Positions 1-13,060 of a stretch of DNA of 64,000 nt are shown piece by piece. Both the position numbers and the translations under genes were made by a program. The DNA comes from Octopus vulgaris (taxonomy: Eukaryota): assembly GCA_951406725.2 (NCBI GenBank), contig OX597817.1:92194001-92258000 (forward strand). The letters run 5' to 3'. The notes beneath the pieces were generated by a model. The model made no database searches. It saw only the letters and a list, made by a program, of their open reading frames with translations, and was not told where the DNA came from. Every line of letters begins with the position of its first letter. Positions within the stretch are counted from its first letter, which is position 1.

Positions 1-879
1 ATAAATACTCAGTTACAGCATTTGTTTTTTTACTTTCTCATTCATAATCATATTTTTTACCTCAACACTTACTAACATTTTGTTATGTGCACACATATGC
101 AAACACATCCATGCATTGTTGAGCAGTACCTTAATCTCTATTAACAGTCTATTAGAATGGAGTATAACCTGGTTTGGATTTCCACATGAAGTCTTTTGCA
201 GGTCACTTAAGCTACCTAATTCTGTGAGATTACAACAACAACATTATGTACTCTCAAAAAACTTTGAATTTTGAGGAATGCAGAATTATTTTATGCACAC
301 TCCCTCTTTACATTATGATTGTCTTTGTTGCAAGTTGCATTTGGAAACAGTTTTACCAGTTCAAAAAAAAAATAAATACAACCACAAACCTATTAATTTT
401 TTTCATTTGATTTTTTTTTTTTTTGTATTAGAATCCTTATTAGTTTTTTAATTGAATTGAACAGAATGGGTAATTGGTTTTAAGCTATTTTGTAAACTTT
501 TGCTTTCCTCTATTGACTAGGTTGAATAAGTTATGTCAATTATAGCCTTATAAGCCATTTCAAAAATATACTAACAAGGTTGTAGAAGAAAAGTTTATAT
601 TGATTTGAGTAAATTTCTTTCAATAAAAAAAATATATCATTTTCTGCCTTAGGATTATATTACATAAAAAAGAGGTATGAATTTCAGATGTACAGATAAA
701 AGAAGGTACCTCTGTGTGTGTGTGTGTTGTCATGGACTTCGTTAATGTGTAGTTGTCCTGTTTATTTTAATTGCTTTTATCTTATTGTGACATGGGCTCT
801 CAGGTGACTATGGAGATCCAGATTTGATTGAAATGTTTGATAACATTCTCTCCATGGGATCATTAGCAATTCTTCACTG

Positions 880-1460
880 GTGGTGGATACTCTTCTTTTT
901 CTCTTATGATGTTTCTGATACCCTTTGTCTTTTCTGTTTTGCTCATAGAAATTGGCTGCTCAGATGACAGAGATTTCTCCATTGCTTTCTATTCTTTGTG
1001 ACACTTTCAAACTTCTTTGGTAGGATGATGCAGGGTATTAGGTTTTGCTTGAAGGCTTCTCTGAATTTCAATCTTTGGATGATATTTCATTGCCAGTTCA
1101 GAATAAAACCTTTGAAGGTTTTTTTCTTGTCTATCCTTTGAATATGGCTAATCTAGCATAGCTGATGCTTGATGACCATCACCTCAAAGCTTATCATTTC
1201 TGCTTGTTCTAGAATGTAGACATTGGACTTTTGTTATCAATTTGTTTTCAACTATTTATCTTGCAATGCAGTTAGAAAGGAGAGCATCATTAGTTATAGC
1301 TTTCCAATAGCCTAATCATTCTCACTGCACTTCTGACAGAAAGAATATCAAGAGAAGTGTCTGTAACCCAATGTAGAACAAATACACAGAAGGCTTCTTG
1401 AAGAAGAGCATTGGCTATTCAGTTTTCTCTCCACTGTTTATATCCTTAGCCACAACTCAT
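880..1460 (-). mobile_element. Old RTE-like LINE ORF2 C-terminal remnant
   Basis: Degraded minus-strand translation (NVYILEQAE..FEVMVIKHQL..SHIQRIDK...RLKFREAFK) resembles the RTE C-terminus; boundaries are approximate. Confidence 0.45.
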
Positions 1461-2245
1461 CAAGGGAAGCTATGATGTATATTTTGTTGATTTTTTATTT
1501 TTAATGCTCATTTTCCCATGCTAGCATTATTTTACAACTGATTGCCTTTCCTGTTGCTAACCTTTACTTGTTTTTCATGTTAGGGATCTCTTATTGCACA
1601 CATCTTCAAAGGTGCAAAACCAGCAGATGGTCTGCTGAAAGGAGGAAATGATAACATAACCACTTGTAGCTCAGTGGTTTTTTGGAGAAGCACAAATGTA
1701 GGCAAACATGTACATACACACACAAACGCATACACATAACAATAGTTTTCTTTTGATCCATCTTCTAAATTCACCGACAAGATTTTGGTCATCCTAAGGT
1801 TTTAGTAGAAGTCTCTCTCTCTCACTCATATATATATATATATATATATGCTTTTACACAGCTTCATTCTACCAAGATTCTCATGCACAAGGCTTTGAGC
1901 AAACCCAGACTATAATAAAAACAGAAAAAAACACTTGCCCAAGCTGCTGTGCTGTATGATCAAAACTAGAACTGCGTATTCATAGAGCAAACATAATTAC
2001 AGAGCATGCCTGCACCAATATTCAAAGGTATTACTATATACATTACTTTAGCATAATAATTAATATTTTAAAATATCTGCTAAAATACTGCTGTTATTGC
2101 AGTATTTTTCCTTGTTATATATGCAATTATACACATATACTTAGGCTATAAACAAGCAGTTTTAAGTGAGATGACAGTGTTAGATTATTTAACAATTTAA
2201 TGAATTAGCATGAATCAAAATTCTTTTGTTTCTTTCCTGTTTTAG

Positions 2246-2388
2246 AAGGTTACTTGTTGCTACAACTAACTGCCACACTAATTGCATAATCTACTATAGT
2301 GACAGCTGCTGACTTTGAGAATCACTATAATCCATTAAACAGTAAAACAGTATATAGTGTATGTTATATTATGAGGATGTTATACAAG
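2246..2388 (+). other. Candidate non-coding exon
   Basis: Acceptor ttcttttgtttctttcctgttttag and donor CAAG|GTTGGT; splice signals only. Confidence 0.25.
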
Positions 2389-5032
2389 GTTGGTAGGTGC
2401 TTTTGAAGCAGAAGTAGATTTTTTTTTATATATATATATATAGAACTGATTCAATCTAACTACAATATGTAGGTGTACATAATGGTAGAAAAAGTAAATT
2501 GTCATTCCTTCAAATGCTGTGTTTGAAAATTCTATTCACAATATTTCCTGACATTGAAGTTGCATTTCAAGTAATGAGACTGTTGCTACTCATTTATCTC
2601 TACCTATTTAACTCAATTTATGTAACTCTAACCAATCAACTATTTAAATACATTCTTCTGATAGTTTATTTATTTATTTACTTTTTTTCTGATTTGATCT
2701 CTTTTGAAGGTGCAAGGGGTGATATGTATGTTAGTCAAAGGAGGAGAGCCAGTGCCTATAGCCTTTGTAGTTCCCACCATACACAGTATTGGGAGTTGAT
2801 GTGTTGGGGGGAATTCTAGCTGTTGGATTTTATAAGGAGTGTGTAAGGAATGAAAATGTGTTTTGTGCAAGATTTTGAAGGTAAGACTGCATTGATAAGA
2901 GGAAGAGGGATGGTTGTGTTAAATGGACCTGGATGGATGGGGGTATGCTGCCTGATACCTCAGAGAAGCAGAGACTCTTACAATAGTGGGAGAAGTAGGG
3001 AGAAGGGACTGTAGCCAACAATAAAGATGTGTTGGTAAATGAATCTTTGCTGGTTATTTTAATGATTTTTCTTTGAGGATTTGATCTTGACTGTTTGTAA
3101 GTGTAAAAGTTGCACCATTCTAAGTATGGATCTTAGAGGAGCAGCAAATGCTTATGCAGTGTGATGTTGTCAGGAAGTGGCATGTTACTAATAGTTTGCT
3201 GTCTAGATTATTAATAAGTGTGGACAATGTAGATAACATGCAGGATTTTTTAAGAATGGATTCCATTCAAGTAGAAAGAATGATAGTTGATGTTATTTTC
3301 ATGGAAAGATGTTTTTGATTGTATCAATGAAGTAAAAGGCAATAGATTTAGAACAGTGTTGTCATAAAACTGAAGCGTCTGTATATGTGTATACAACCTT
3401 GTTAGAACTCTAGCCATATTTCAGTATATCTTGTATTTGTTGTCTTTCATTAAATTATGGCTTAACACATGGGCAATGCTTAATCATGCTGCAAGCATTA
3501 TATAGTTCGTGGTTATAACAGAAAGACTGCTTGTCTATGAAGGACTAGTATATCATTATTTGGAGGATTATTGTTATGTTTTAGTCTTATATACTTTTAT
3601 GCTTTTTGTCAACAAGGCAAGCTGGATAAGTTCTTGGTTTTTGTTCTGGATGTTTTGCTTATTTTCCCTGAGTTTTGTGTAATAATATTGAATAGTAGTA
3701 TTGAAATACTGTATGTAACTATAGCTGTTGTAGTTTTGTGTATGAGGAATGGTGCTATTGTTGTTGCATATGATTTGATAAAAATAGTTTTACTTAGATT
3801 TGTTTATAGAGGGTACAGTTGTAAGCCACTTGTCTGTCTGTGTAGAACCAAGATTCTGTTCATTTCAGTGTAAATTGTACACGATCTTTATCTCAAGACA
3901 ATGTAATCTTGATGAAAAAATGGAAGTCTTTTGAATTGAATGACTGTCAGCTAAAGAAATTTGCTATGCAAATTCATATTTCAAAGTCCCATTGCAAGGC
4001 ATCAATAAAGCATCTGCTGTAGCCTTTGATCAACTCAGTTCTTATGTATGAAGTTTGGTGGGCAGAAAGTTTTTTTGATGGTGAGCTTTATCCCATTGCT
4101 CAGTTTAACACACCATTTGGCCCTTGAATGTCTTTATTCAATTGTTTTTATTGCACACATTTGGGTCAGGTTTACAGTCTGAGCAAAACTTCCTCCTACC
4201 AATATGGGAGACCCTAAAAAAGGTTATGGACAATGTTTCTTCTTCTGAGTCAGCCTTTAAAAGATATAGTAAGAAAATAAGATTGAAAAAGCAATTGTTT
4301 ACTGAAATCAATACATTATTTGTATTTACTTTTGCAATTTTAGTGAGATTATAGGCTGTAATTTTTATTGAAAATCTGTGATATGGTGTGATAATTATTT
4401 CAAAGCTACTTACTATTTAAATTTATCACTTTGAAAGTGGGTAGCTCCACCTAGCTGTAACTGCATTATTTTTAAATGAAATTAATGCATCAAAATTAAT
4501 GAGACTTTTTTGTCTTTTTGTTTTCGAGAGAAAAGAGCTCATTGAAATATGTGTTAACTCTAAAAAGGGTCATTAACAAGACACTGAATGATAATATTTG
4601 TTAATACAACAATCAAGTTGTTTGAAAAAACATTCATGAATTATGAATGAAAATCTCTGATTATTTTTTATTTGGACCTTAATGTCATTATCATTAGTGT
4701 TGATGTTTTAACATCAGTTTTCCCATGGCATTTCCAAGTTATCTCTGCATTTGTTCAGGTCTTAAATCATGTCATCTGGGAAACTAAACTATTCACGGAT
4801 GTGAATATTTAACAATTTCATTCTTAATATTATATCATCTACCTATATTTGAAGTGCTCTTCACCTCTTCTAATTCGTGGCATTTTTATACCATAAATTA
4901 TTTCATTCCATGTGTGTGTAAGCTTATATGTATGTATATGTGTGTGAATTTATGGAAAGAAATCCCATAAAACTCAACAGTTTAATTAAAAATGGAGAAA
5001 AGAAGTTGTTAAAATATATAAGAGAATTTTAA

Positions 5033-5150
5033 TTCATGCAGGCGATGGTTTCGTACAGAGATATAAAAATAATGCAAATTCAAGGTTGAAGTGAATTAGA
5101 TTGATTAATTAAATTAATTATATATGTCAGTGTACTCTTCAGTGCAAGAA
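5033..5150 (-). ncRNA. Type I hammerhead ribozyme-like motif, degenerate at the cleavage triplet, with a long stem II insert
   Basis: Minus strand reads ttcttgca CUGAAGA guaca...(~80 nt)...uguac GAAA ccauc GCC ugcaugaa. Stem I pairs 7/8 and stem II 5 bp, but the triplet is GCC rather than GUC. Confidence 0.6.
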
Positions 5151-5475
5151 GTATAACCAAAATTTTTACAAAGAACTTGAGAAAGGAAATAGCAGAATAG
5201 AATCTAGGTGATTCATATTTATCCTTATGAGAAAAAGCGACGTGAGTCCAGTTACTTGAATATTAATACTACCATAATACCATTAAATATCCCTCTCACA
5301 TTATGCCAACCTAGTTTCTTACCTCATAATTTTTATTTATACTAAAACATATTTACTGTATAACCTTACATAGCAATACATATAAAGTAAACCCTTTATT
5401 TACTATTTTCATTCCCAGCTCATTTAGCTCCCCTACATTGTTTTTATTTTTCCGTATTCTAGCATTCATTATCTA

Positions 5476-6744
5476 TCAGGTTATCCCATAAGTTCTGTCC
5501 AAATTTTGAATAAAGAAAACAAGTGATCAAATGTTATATTTGATTGAAATTTAATCATCAATGTACTTTCCCTGATTATCTATAACTTCCTTCCATCTAT
5601 TTACTAGCTTTTTAATCCCATCAATGTAAAAACCCTTTTGGTTTCAAAGCAAAGAACTCTAAAATGTCAGTTTCGACCTCCTCTTGGCTTGCAAAAGTTA
5701 TGTCCACCAAATGATTCTGTAAACTATGAAACAAATGGTAGTCTGAAGGAGCAAGGTCAGGAGAATAAGGTAGATGAGGAATTTTTTCCCAACCAAGCTC
5801 CTCAATCTTCTGTGATGTGATCTTTGCAGTGTGGGATCGCGCATTGCCCTGATGAAACATCACACCTTTTCAGTTCACTAAAGCGGGACTTTTTTTCTTC
5901 AAAGCTTGGTTCAAATGCTCTAATTGCTGACAGTAGACTTGAGCATCGATTGTTGCATTAGGTGGTAACAATTCAAAGTGAATTACTCCTTTGCAATCCC
6001 ACCAGATAGAGAGAAGAACCTTTTTCCCATGAAGTTCCCTTCTTGGTTGTGGTTGAGCTTTTTCCCTTTTACCAAGCCACTGTTTAAGGCGTTTAACATT
6101 TCGATAGAAGATCCATTTTTCATCACCAGTCACAAGTCTATCCAAAAAGGGTGAAATGAGTTTGCAAGAATGGAGAGAAGAGCAGATGTCAACTTGGGAT
6201 TTACAGTTGCTTTCGGACAATTCATGAGGCACCCATTTTCCAAGCTTAGGAACCTTTCCAAGTTGTTGAAGATGATGATGAACAGTTGTATGGTTTGAAC
6301 TAAGCTTTATTGCCAATTCTTCAGCTGATAATGCAGGATTTTCTTCAAGTAATGCCTCAAGGAGCTTAGCTTATCAAATTCATCTGGACATCCTGTTCGA
6401 TCCTCAAGACTGAAATCTCCACTTCTGAATTTTGCAAACCATCTTCTGCAAGTTCTTTCATTCAAGGATTCTTTCCCATAAACTGAGTGTATTTTTCAAG
6501 TCGCTTCAGCTGCAGAGTTTTCTTTTTTGTAATGTGCCTTAAATGCTCTTTGGATACTTCCATGTTAGAAAGGGTTTTAATCAAAGAAATTTTAGTTCTG
6601 TTATTCTGTAAACTATTTAATTAGTTTAAAAGTACACAAATGCATAAAAATAATTTTTAATTCCATTAGACATTCTAAAATACTATTAAATTTTATTCAA
6701 TTTTGAAAAAGGTGAAATTGGACAGAACTTATGGGATGACCTGA
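5476..6744 (-). mobile_element. Full-length but defective mariner (DD34D) transposon
   Basis: 27-bp TIRs (tcaggttatcccataagttctgtccaa / ttggacagaacttatgggatgacctga, 1 mismatch) flanked by TA on both sides; 1269 bp. Confidence 0.95.
5551..6563 (-). pseudogene. Mariner transposase pseudogene
   Basis: Motifs WVPHEL, LVTGDEKW, HQGNARSH (second catalytic D changed to G) and YSPDLAPSDYHLF; broken by stops and frameshifts (ORFs 5870-6316 and 5621-5863). Confidence 0.92.
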
Positions 6745-6899
6745 TATTTCAACTTCATTTTTTTCATCTTTATAGCCACGGCAAGTATTTACTATGAGTC
6801 AGTTTCAGACTTTGATCACATTCCAGAGACGATTTCACACAAGATTTTCAGGCTTGTAAAGGGTGGTTTATACTTGAAAAAAAAAATGATTTGCTTTGT

Positions 6900-7562
6900 A
6901 TATTATACGTGTCACACGAGAGGCAGGGAAGTGCAGATGAAAATGGAGCCCAAAACTACATTGATAGTTTTGATGAATTAATTGAAGAAGGTTATCTACC
7001 AGAATGTAGATAACCAATGTAGATGAAACCATCTTGCTATGGAAATGAATACCTACTCACATGTACAAGGAAAAATGATGCCAGGATTCAGAGTTTGTAA
7101 GGATAGGTTAACTTTGTTGGTTAGTGGTAATGCCACGGGTTTAACCCTTTCATTACAATATTTATTTTGAGATGCTCTGTGTTTCTTTCAATTACTTTAA
7201 ATATAACAAAGAATTTAGTAAAATAACTTAGTTATCATTCAGCTAGTGTTAGGAACATAAATTGTGACTTAGGTTTGGTGGAAGATTTTAATTCAAAACT
7301 TATGAAAACACATTTGTACTCAGAGCCAGAGCCGGTTTCAGCCGGGTTGGTAGCGAAAGGGTTAAGCTGAAACCTTTCTAATCTATCATTTGGAAAACCT
7401 TTGTGCATTTAAGACCATCAACAGGCATAAACTGCCCATTTACTACCATTCAAACCGTAAAGCTTGGATGATTCAAGCACTGTTCGAAGACTTTTTCATG
7501 AACTGCTTCATTCCTCAGGCTCGTGAATATTGTGCAGAGAGAGGGTATCCCTTTCAAGGTTG
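6900..7562 (+). mobile_element. Tigger/pogo-type transposase remnant interrupted by a TTAA MITE
   Basis: After removing 7145-7365, and allowing a frameshift, it reads VDET.LLWK...PGFRVCKDRLTLLVSGNATGFKLKP..ENLCAFKTINRHKLPIYYHSNRKAWM, typical of the DDE_1 domain of Tigger. Confidence 0.85.
7145..7361. mobile_element. piggyBac-type MITE with TTAA TSD
   Basis: TTAA|CCCTTTCATTAC ... GTAGCGAAAGGG|TTAA; excision restores the Tigger reading G-F-K-L-K. Confidence 0.9.
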
Positions 7563-7579
7563 TAAGTCATGGAAAAAGT

Positions 7580-7663
7580 GTATACACACACACACATATG
7601 AAAATGTATGTATACATGAATGTATATGTATGTATGTATATATATATATTTATTTATGTATGC

Positions 7664-7717
<54 letters not shown>

Positions 7718-8200
7718 GTGTGTGTATATATATGTATGTATGTGTGTGTGTATATATATGTATGTATGTGTGTGTGTATATATATGTATGTATGTGTGTG
7801 TGTGTATATATGTATGTATGTGTGTGTGTATATATATGTATGTATGTGTGTGTGTATATATATGTATGTATGTGTGTGTGTATATATATGTATGTATGTG
7901 TGTGTGTATATATATGTATGTATGTGTGTGTGTATATATATGTATGTATGTGTGTGTGTATATATATGTATGTATGTGTGTGTGTATATATATGTATGTA
8001 TGTGTGTGTATATATATGTATGTATGTGTGTGTGTGTATATATATGTATGTATGTGTGTGTGTATATATATATGTATGTATGTGTGTGTGTGTATATATA
8101 TATGTATGTATGTGTGTGTGTATATATATATGTATGTATGTGTGTGTGTATATATATGTATGTATGTGTGTGTGTATATATATGTATGTATGTGTGTGTG

Positions 8201-8277
<77 letters not shown>

Positions 8278-8428
8278 GTATGTATGTGTGTGTGTATATA
8301 TATGTATGTATGTGTGTGTGTGTATATATATGTATGTATGTGTGTGTGTGTATATATATATGTATGTATGTGTGTGTGTATATATATATGTATGTGTGTG
8401 TGTATATATATATATATGTATGTATGTA
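7580..8428. repeat. Compound (TA)/(TG)/(TATG) microsatellite with a ~24-bp higher-order unit
   Basis: The unit tatatatgtatgtatgtgtgtgtg is repeated with length variants; it is the source of the spurious YICMYVCV ORFs. Confidence 0.97.
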
Positions 8429-8478
8429 AAATAAGTGAATAAATGGAGTTGAACGAAGATGTTATTAAAATTCTTATA

Positions 8479-8562
8479 CTTTCGACATATGTGTTTCGAA
8501 GACAACATTGGTTTATTCCAAAGGAATAAACAGTGTAAAATGCAATCTTCTCATCAGGAAAG
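8479..8562 (-). ncRNA. Type I hammerhead ribozyme with a canonical core
   Basis: Minus strand: cuuuc CUGAUGA gaaga-uugcauuuuacacu-guuuauucc uuu ggaauaaac-caauguug-ucuuc GAAA ca caua ug UC gaaag. All core nucleotides are present; stem I 5 bp, stem II 5 bp plus a 9-bp distal hairpin, short stem III, GUC triplet. Predicted cut between 8484 and 8483. Confidence 0.88.
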
Positions 8563-8601
8563 AAAGAGAGCCTATCTCAACAACATGTATATATATATGT
8601 A

Positions 8602-8980
8602 CGAGCAAAACGCCTCCCAATGGACGGTGCTGAGTTGTCAAACATTTAAACCAAATTTTCTCAAAACAAGTTATCCAACCATCCCATTTTATGGCATTAT
8701 TTCAAGCCAGCCAGCTTTTTTTGCGCAAGCTGCACATGCAGTTTAAAGTACCAGTAAGTACATCGCAACAGCTGATGTACTTGCACGTACAAATGCACAT
8801 TCCCATGGCTTTATCGATCGCATTCTCACCTGGAATCGATTTTTGTAACTTTTTCAAGACTTGTACACGCCCTGATATCCTCGATATCTACATATCAAAT
8901 TCGAGCACAATCAGATGGAGGATGCCCAAGATCCTAGAAGACACACACATAGACAGACAGAACGGTTTTTATATAATAGA
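8602..8980 (-). mobile_element. Non-autonomous Helitron
   Basis: Minus-strand 5' end A|TCTATTATATAAAA followed by (ctgt)n; 3' end has an imperfect hairpin ccgtcc-attg-ggagg then CTCG|T (variant of CTRR); CpG-rich relative to its flanks. Confidence 0.7.
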
Positions 8981-9002
8981 TATGTATGTGTGTATATATA
9001 CA

Positions 9003-9033
<31 letters not shown>

Positions 9034-9104
9034 GTGTGTGTGTGTGTGTCGTCTCTGTGGTGTTTCATGTTCTTGTCCATGTCTAATTATTTTTACTGTT
9101 TACC

Positions 9105-9147
<43 letters not shown>

Positions 9148-12100
9148 ATACGCACACATACACAGTCACATAGAGGCACACACACCTGTGTAGTCATTTC
9201 CCTTGTATGCCTCTACCACTACTTTTGATTCCCTCTTGCATTTGCAAATTCATCAGTACTCAACATATCAGTTTAGTCCACATTTCTTTGCTAGGTTCTT
9301 TGTATTCCTTGCATTCATTTCTTCATTTATACCTGGCAGATGTTTTGAACATCAATCTGTTTATTGCATTGCTCCCTTCTTTTCTTACTGTCATTTTGCA
9401 ATGTAAATTAGAACTTGAAAGTTACCATATTTATAGAAATGTTATGTAAGTATGATATGAAATGTTATAATTTTCTATCTTGAACTTTTAGCAATCATCC
9501 TTAAACCACTAGCTCACATGCAAACTGTTTTCTCTCTCTGCTTTAACAATTCCAAAGAAAGACATCTGCTACTCTGGGTATACAGCTAGTTTAGCTGTAT
9601 ACCCTCTCTATCTGAGCCCATCCTTTTACATTTGTACTTACTGTACTAAACACTTCACTTAATACTTCCTCCATAGAAGTGCCATTTCTTCAATTCCCTC
9701 ATCACCCATGTTTTGTCTGCAGACATCAGTCATTGGATATTTGAGATGAACATCAACCATATTTATCTCACCAGCCAAGGAGAGCCTATGAATATCATAG
9801 GCACTGCCCCTCCTCTTTTGACAAGCTCATAAAGAAAGGAAAATAAGCAAAGAAACTTCAACTGTCTGTCCATATGTTATAATGTAGTGTCATTTCCTAT
9901 AACTGATTGATTCATAGCAGTTATCATGGATAACTTCATATTCATTGATTGATGTAAATCATTAACTCTTCATCTTATAAGCTGGTTCTCTGTTAATTCA
10001 ACCATTTGCAATTTTCTCAAAATTACATAAAAGATTTATTTATCAAATCCTAAGTGATGAATTTTCTTTTTATATACAAGCCTACTGCACAGATTTTCTT
10101 AAAATGTGTAAAATAATACTTCCTTGTAATATTTTATATCTGCTTTCAAAATGAAATGCTATAAAGCTTATACTTAATTTTTTTTTTTTTTTACATTCAT
10201 GTGAGCTATTTCTATTCATGGATTTTTTTTCTTAATGTGGAAAGAAATCAGCCACATATAAAATAGTATTTTATATATATGTGTGTGTGTGTGTATTTGT
10301 GTACATATGTATGTATTTTGCTAACAGAAATTAAAAGTACATTCAAATTGATTAGTGTATTTAGGTGTTGCTTTGCTGTACACAATAGCAAACTTTTTAA
10401 TATTTAAAATTGTTTCGTGTTTTGAAAAATATGGTCAGCATGCTAGTGGTTGATATATATATAGTACAGGTCCAGTCTTGTTAGCAGGCACCTTGCTCTT
10501 TTTTTACCGTTATCAGAGGGACAAAGGCCATGGGCATGATTAAACCATCTCATGTATGTACAATGTACATAAATGATTGGTCGAAAACAATTTACTGTAA
10601 AAACAGTTAATCAACATAACAGTTGCTTGAGTTAACAATTGGTTAAATTAAGGTTACTGTTATATTGTCATGCTTTATCAAACTAATTACTTTTATTAAA
10701 TGTAAAAATGAGTGTAGTATGTGTGTGTGTGTGTGTGCGTGATGGTTTATGTTTACAGTCTAAAAATTGCTGTTTTAAACTCTAAACACAATATTACATG
10801 TGTGTGTATGTATAAGTTTAACATGTTTTCATTTTGATAGAAAGTAGGTTGTTTTAGTAACGTGTGACAAAAATAACTTTTCCTTCAACCCATGTCCCAT
10901 ATTTCAAGTATATAATTTGATTAAATTTTTTTTTTTTAAGCAACCATTTTCAATCGTTTGTATTTCAATCAACTGTTTTCAATAAATTGACACCAAAACA
11001 AAAAAAATAAATAGGCAAGAATATTCTCTTGGAAAACTTAGAAAAATTTCTTGACCCATAAAACATCAAGTAGCATAGGGACAACTTAGAAATTTGTGAG
11101 AAGCATTATTTAGTATTCAAATTTGACTTCAGTAATATTGCATACATGAAATTTTTTGACAAAATCTGGTTTATCTCAAAATAAACTGATTTCTTTAATG
11201 TGTTAAACATCTCAAGCTCAGAATGAAATCTTCAGGCTTAGCATAGCACTTATGAGTATCTTCAGATTGATTATCCTTATGATGATGATGGAACTTCTTT
11301 CCAGCTCAGATCCTTTGACATTGTGGTCAACATTATCATCACAACAATAACATCTGTTTTTCCATGTTACATGCTGTATCTCTGCATTCATCTCAGCTTC
11401 TTATTTCTCTAAGAACTAATATTCACAAATCCAGTCTAATTATCTAATCCTATGCTTTTGATTTACCTTTATGCAACGAAATTTTCTGCCATAAAGTTAC
11501 TGTATTTGTCACTAATTTACAGTAAAACCTGCATACTGGTCAATCAATACCTCTGTATCCCACTACCTTCTCAAGTCACTTGTTCTTGCTTAGTCACTAT
11601 TAAGCAGTTATGTCAATTATTTTAGATGGGTTTGTACGTTTATATGTTGTTTTTTTTGTTGTCTTTTCTTTTTACCCTTAAGGGAAATTTGGCCTTATTG
11701 TTTATTGGAGAGTTGATGAGAGAAAACTTTTAAAATTGTGCTAGCATCCAGTCAGAGTTTCTAATGTAATGTTTATTTTAATTAAAGAGCATCTTCATCT
11801 TATCCAAAAATGCTGAATTTAAGCTGTGAACTTCTGACCAAAAATAGAAGCTTCTGGAGAAAATTTGACTGTTTTACTTTGTAAATCAAGCATCTCAGTA
11901 GAACTTCATTCATTTGCTCATTTTATTCGTAGTAGAATATTGTAGGGAGATATAATTTAACCATGGATCTAGTGGTTTAAGAGTAAGATTATTAGAGTGG
12001 ATATATGTCAAGTTGTAAATTTCACAAATGTTTAAGATGTTTATGGTCAAGTGTTATTGATGATAGTGTATAAGAGTTAGGAATTGTTAATGCATTTTAG

Positions 12101-12371
12101 ATTATCTAAAATGCATTAATTTATCTGGTGTAATCACAGTTGTTTATCTCAGGTCAGCCTTGAGTAGGCAGATCTATGATTAGTGGTGGTCCAGCCTGTT
12201 CTTAATCTCAAGTGCTGTGTGTCTAAAACTACAGCATCAAATGTCTTCCATTCTTTTTAAAGATAGCAGTGTGCCTTGAAAGAGTTAATCCCATCAGCAA
12301 TTGACTTGGGAACTGTTTATAAAACTATCTATTCTCTCCCTCCCCATTTTTTCTTTCTTTTTGTTTTGTAG

Positions 12372-12452
12372 CTTATTGTTGTTGACAGACATCTGTAATA
12401 ATGCGTGTTAAAAATGTCCATTTATATAGTGCTGGAATGATAGTAGTAACCT
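12372..12452 (+). other. Candidate non-coding (5' UTR) exon
   Basis: Long polypyrimidine tract ending tttgtag (12371), 81 nt with stops in all three frames, then CCT|GTAAGT donor; same strand as the HECW exon. Confidence 0.4.
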
Positions 12453-12518
12453 GTAAGTTAACAGGATGTGAAATGAAAATTTGTATAGGTTTGGAAATTG
12501 ACTGAAAAGGTATTAAGA

Positions 12519-13060
12519 CTGGGGTGGGGGAAATTTTTTAGTGTGGTGGGCAAAAATTTCCAAAGAAAAAGGTCCGCAGGCAGATCACAAGTTCTTTTAT
12601 ATCTATGTAAATCTTGTGTGTATATATATATATATATATATGTATAATTCGTTATACATTAATAAAGATAAGTTTAATACATTAAATTGAGGTGAAACAT
12701 CTTTATTAACACTGCCACTGAATTTAGGACGTTTATATCACCTATGAAGTGCTCTATATTTTTCAGTTAGAGTGTAGTTGGGTCTCAAGTGGGGGGTACA
12801 AACTTAGCAATATGCGTTTTATAGTGAAAACAAAATTTGCATTCAAATGGTAATTACGGGACAATTTTCTGTTTGAGTCTAACCGTTTTAAGTCATAGTG
12901 GAAACGCGAGCTATGTCGCAAATAGGCATACGAATATTGCATGAATTTTATAATAGGAAAATTTTACTATATTTTGTACATATGAGTATACCAACTTGCA
13001 GGTACAATAAAATGGCTCGAGGGCTCAATTGTGCCCAGGGATGAATTTTCCCCACCCCTG
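12519..13060. mobile_element. hAT-type non-autonomous element
   Basis: TIRs ctggggtgggggaaatt / aattttccccacccctg; degenerate 8-bp TSD tattaaga / gtttaaga. Confidence 0.75.

Noticed and set aside
7390-8508. Four long overlapping ORFs (269-350 aa)
   Set aside because: They are stop-free translations of the TA/TG microsatellite; only the first ~55 aa of 7390-8442 is real, and it is a Tigger remnant.
10464-10640. Possible TA-flanked MITE
   Set aside because: No convincing terminal inverted repeat pair was found.
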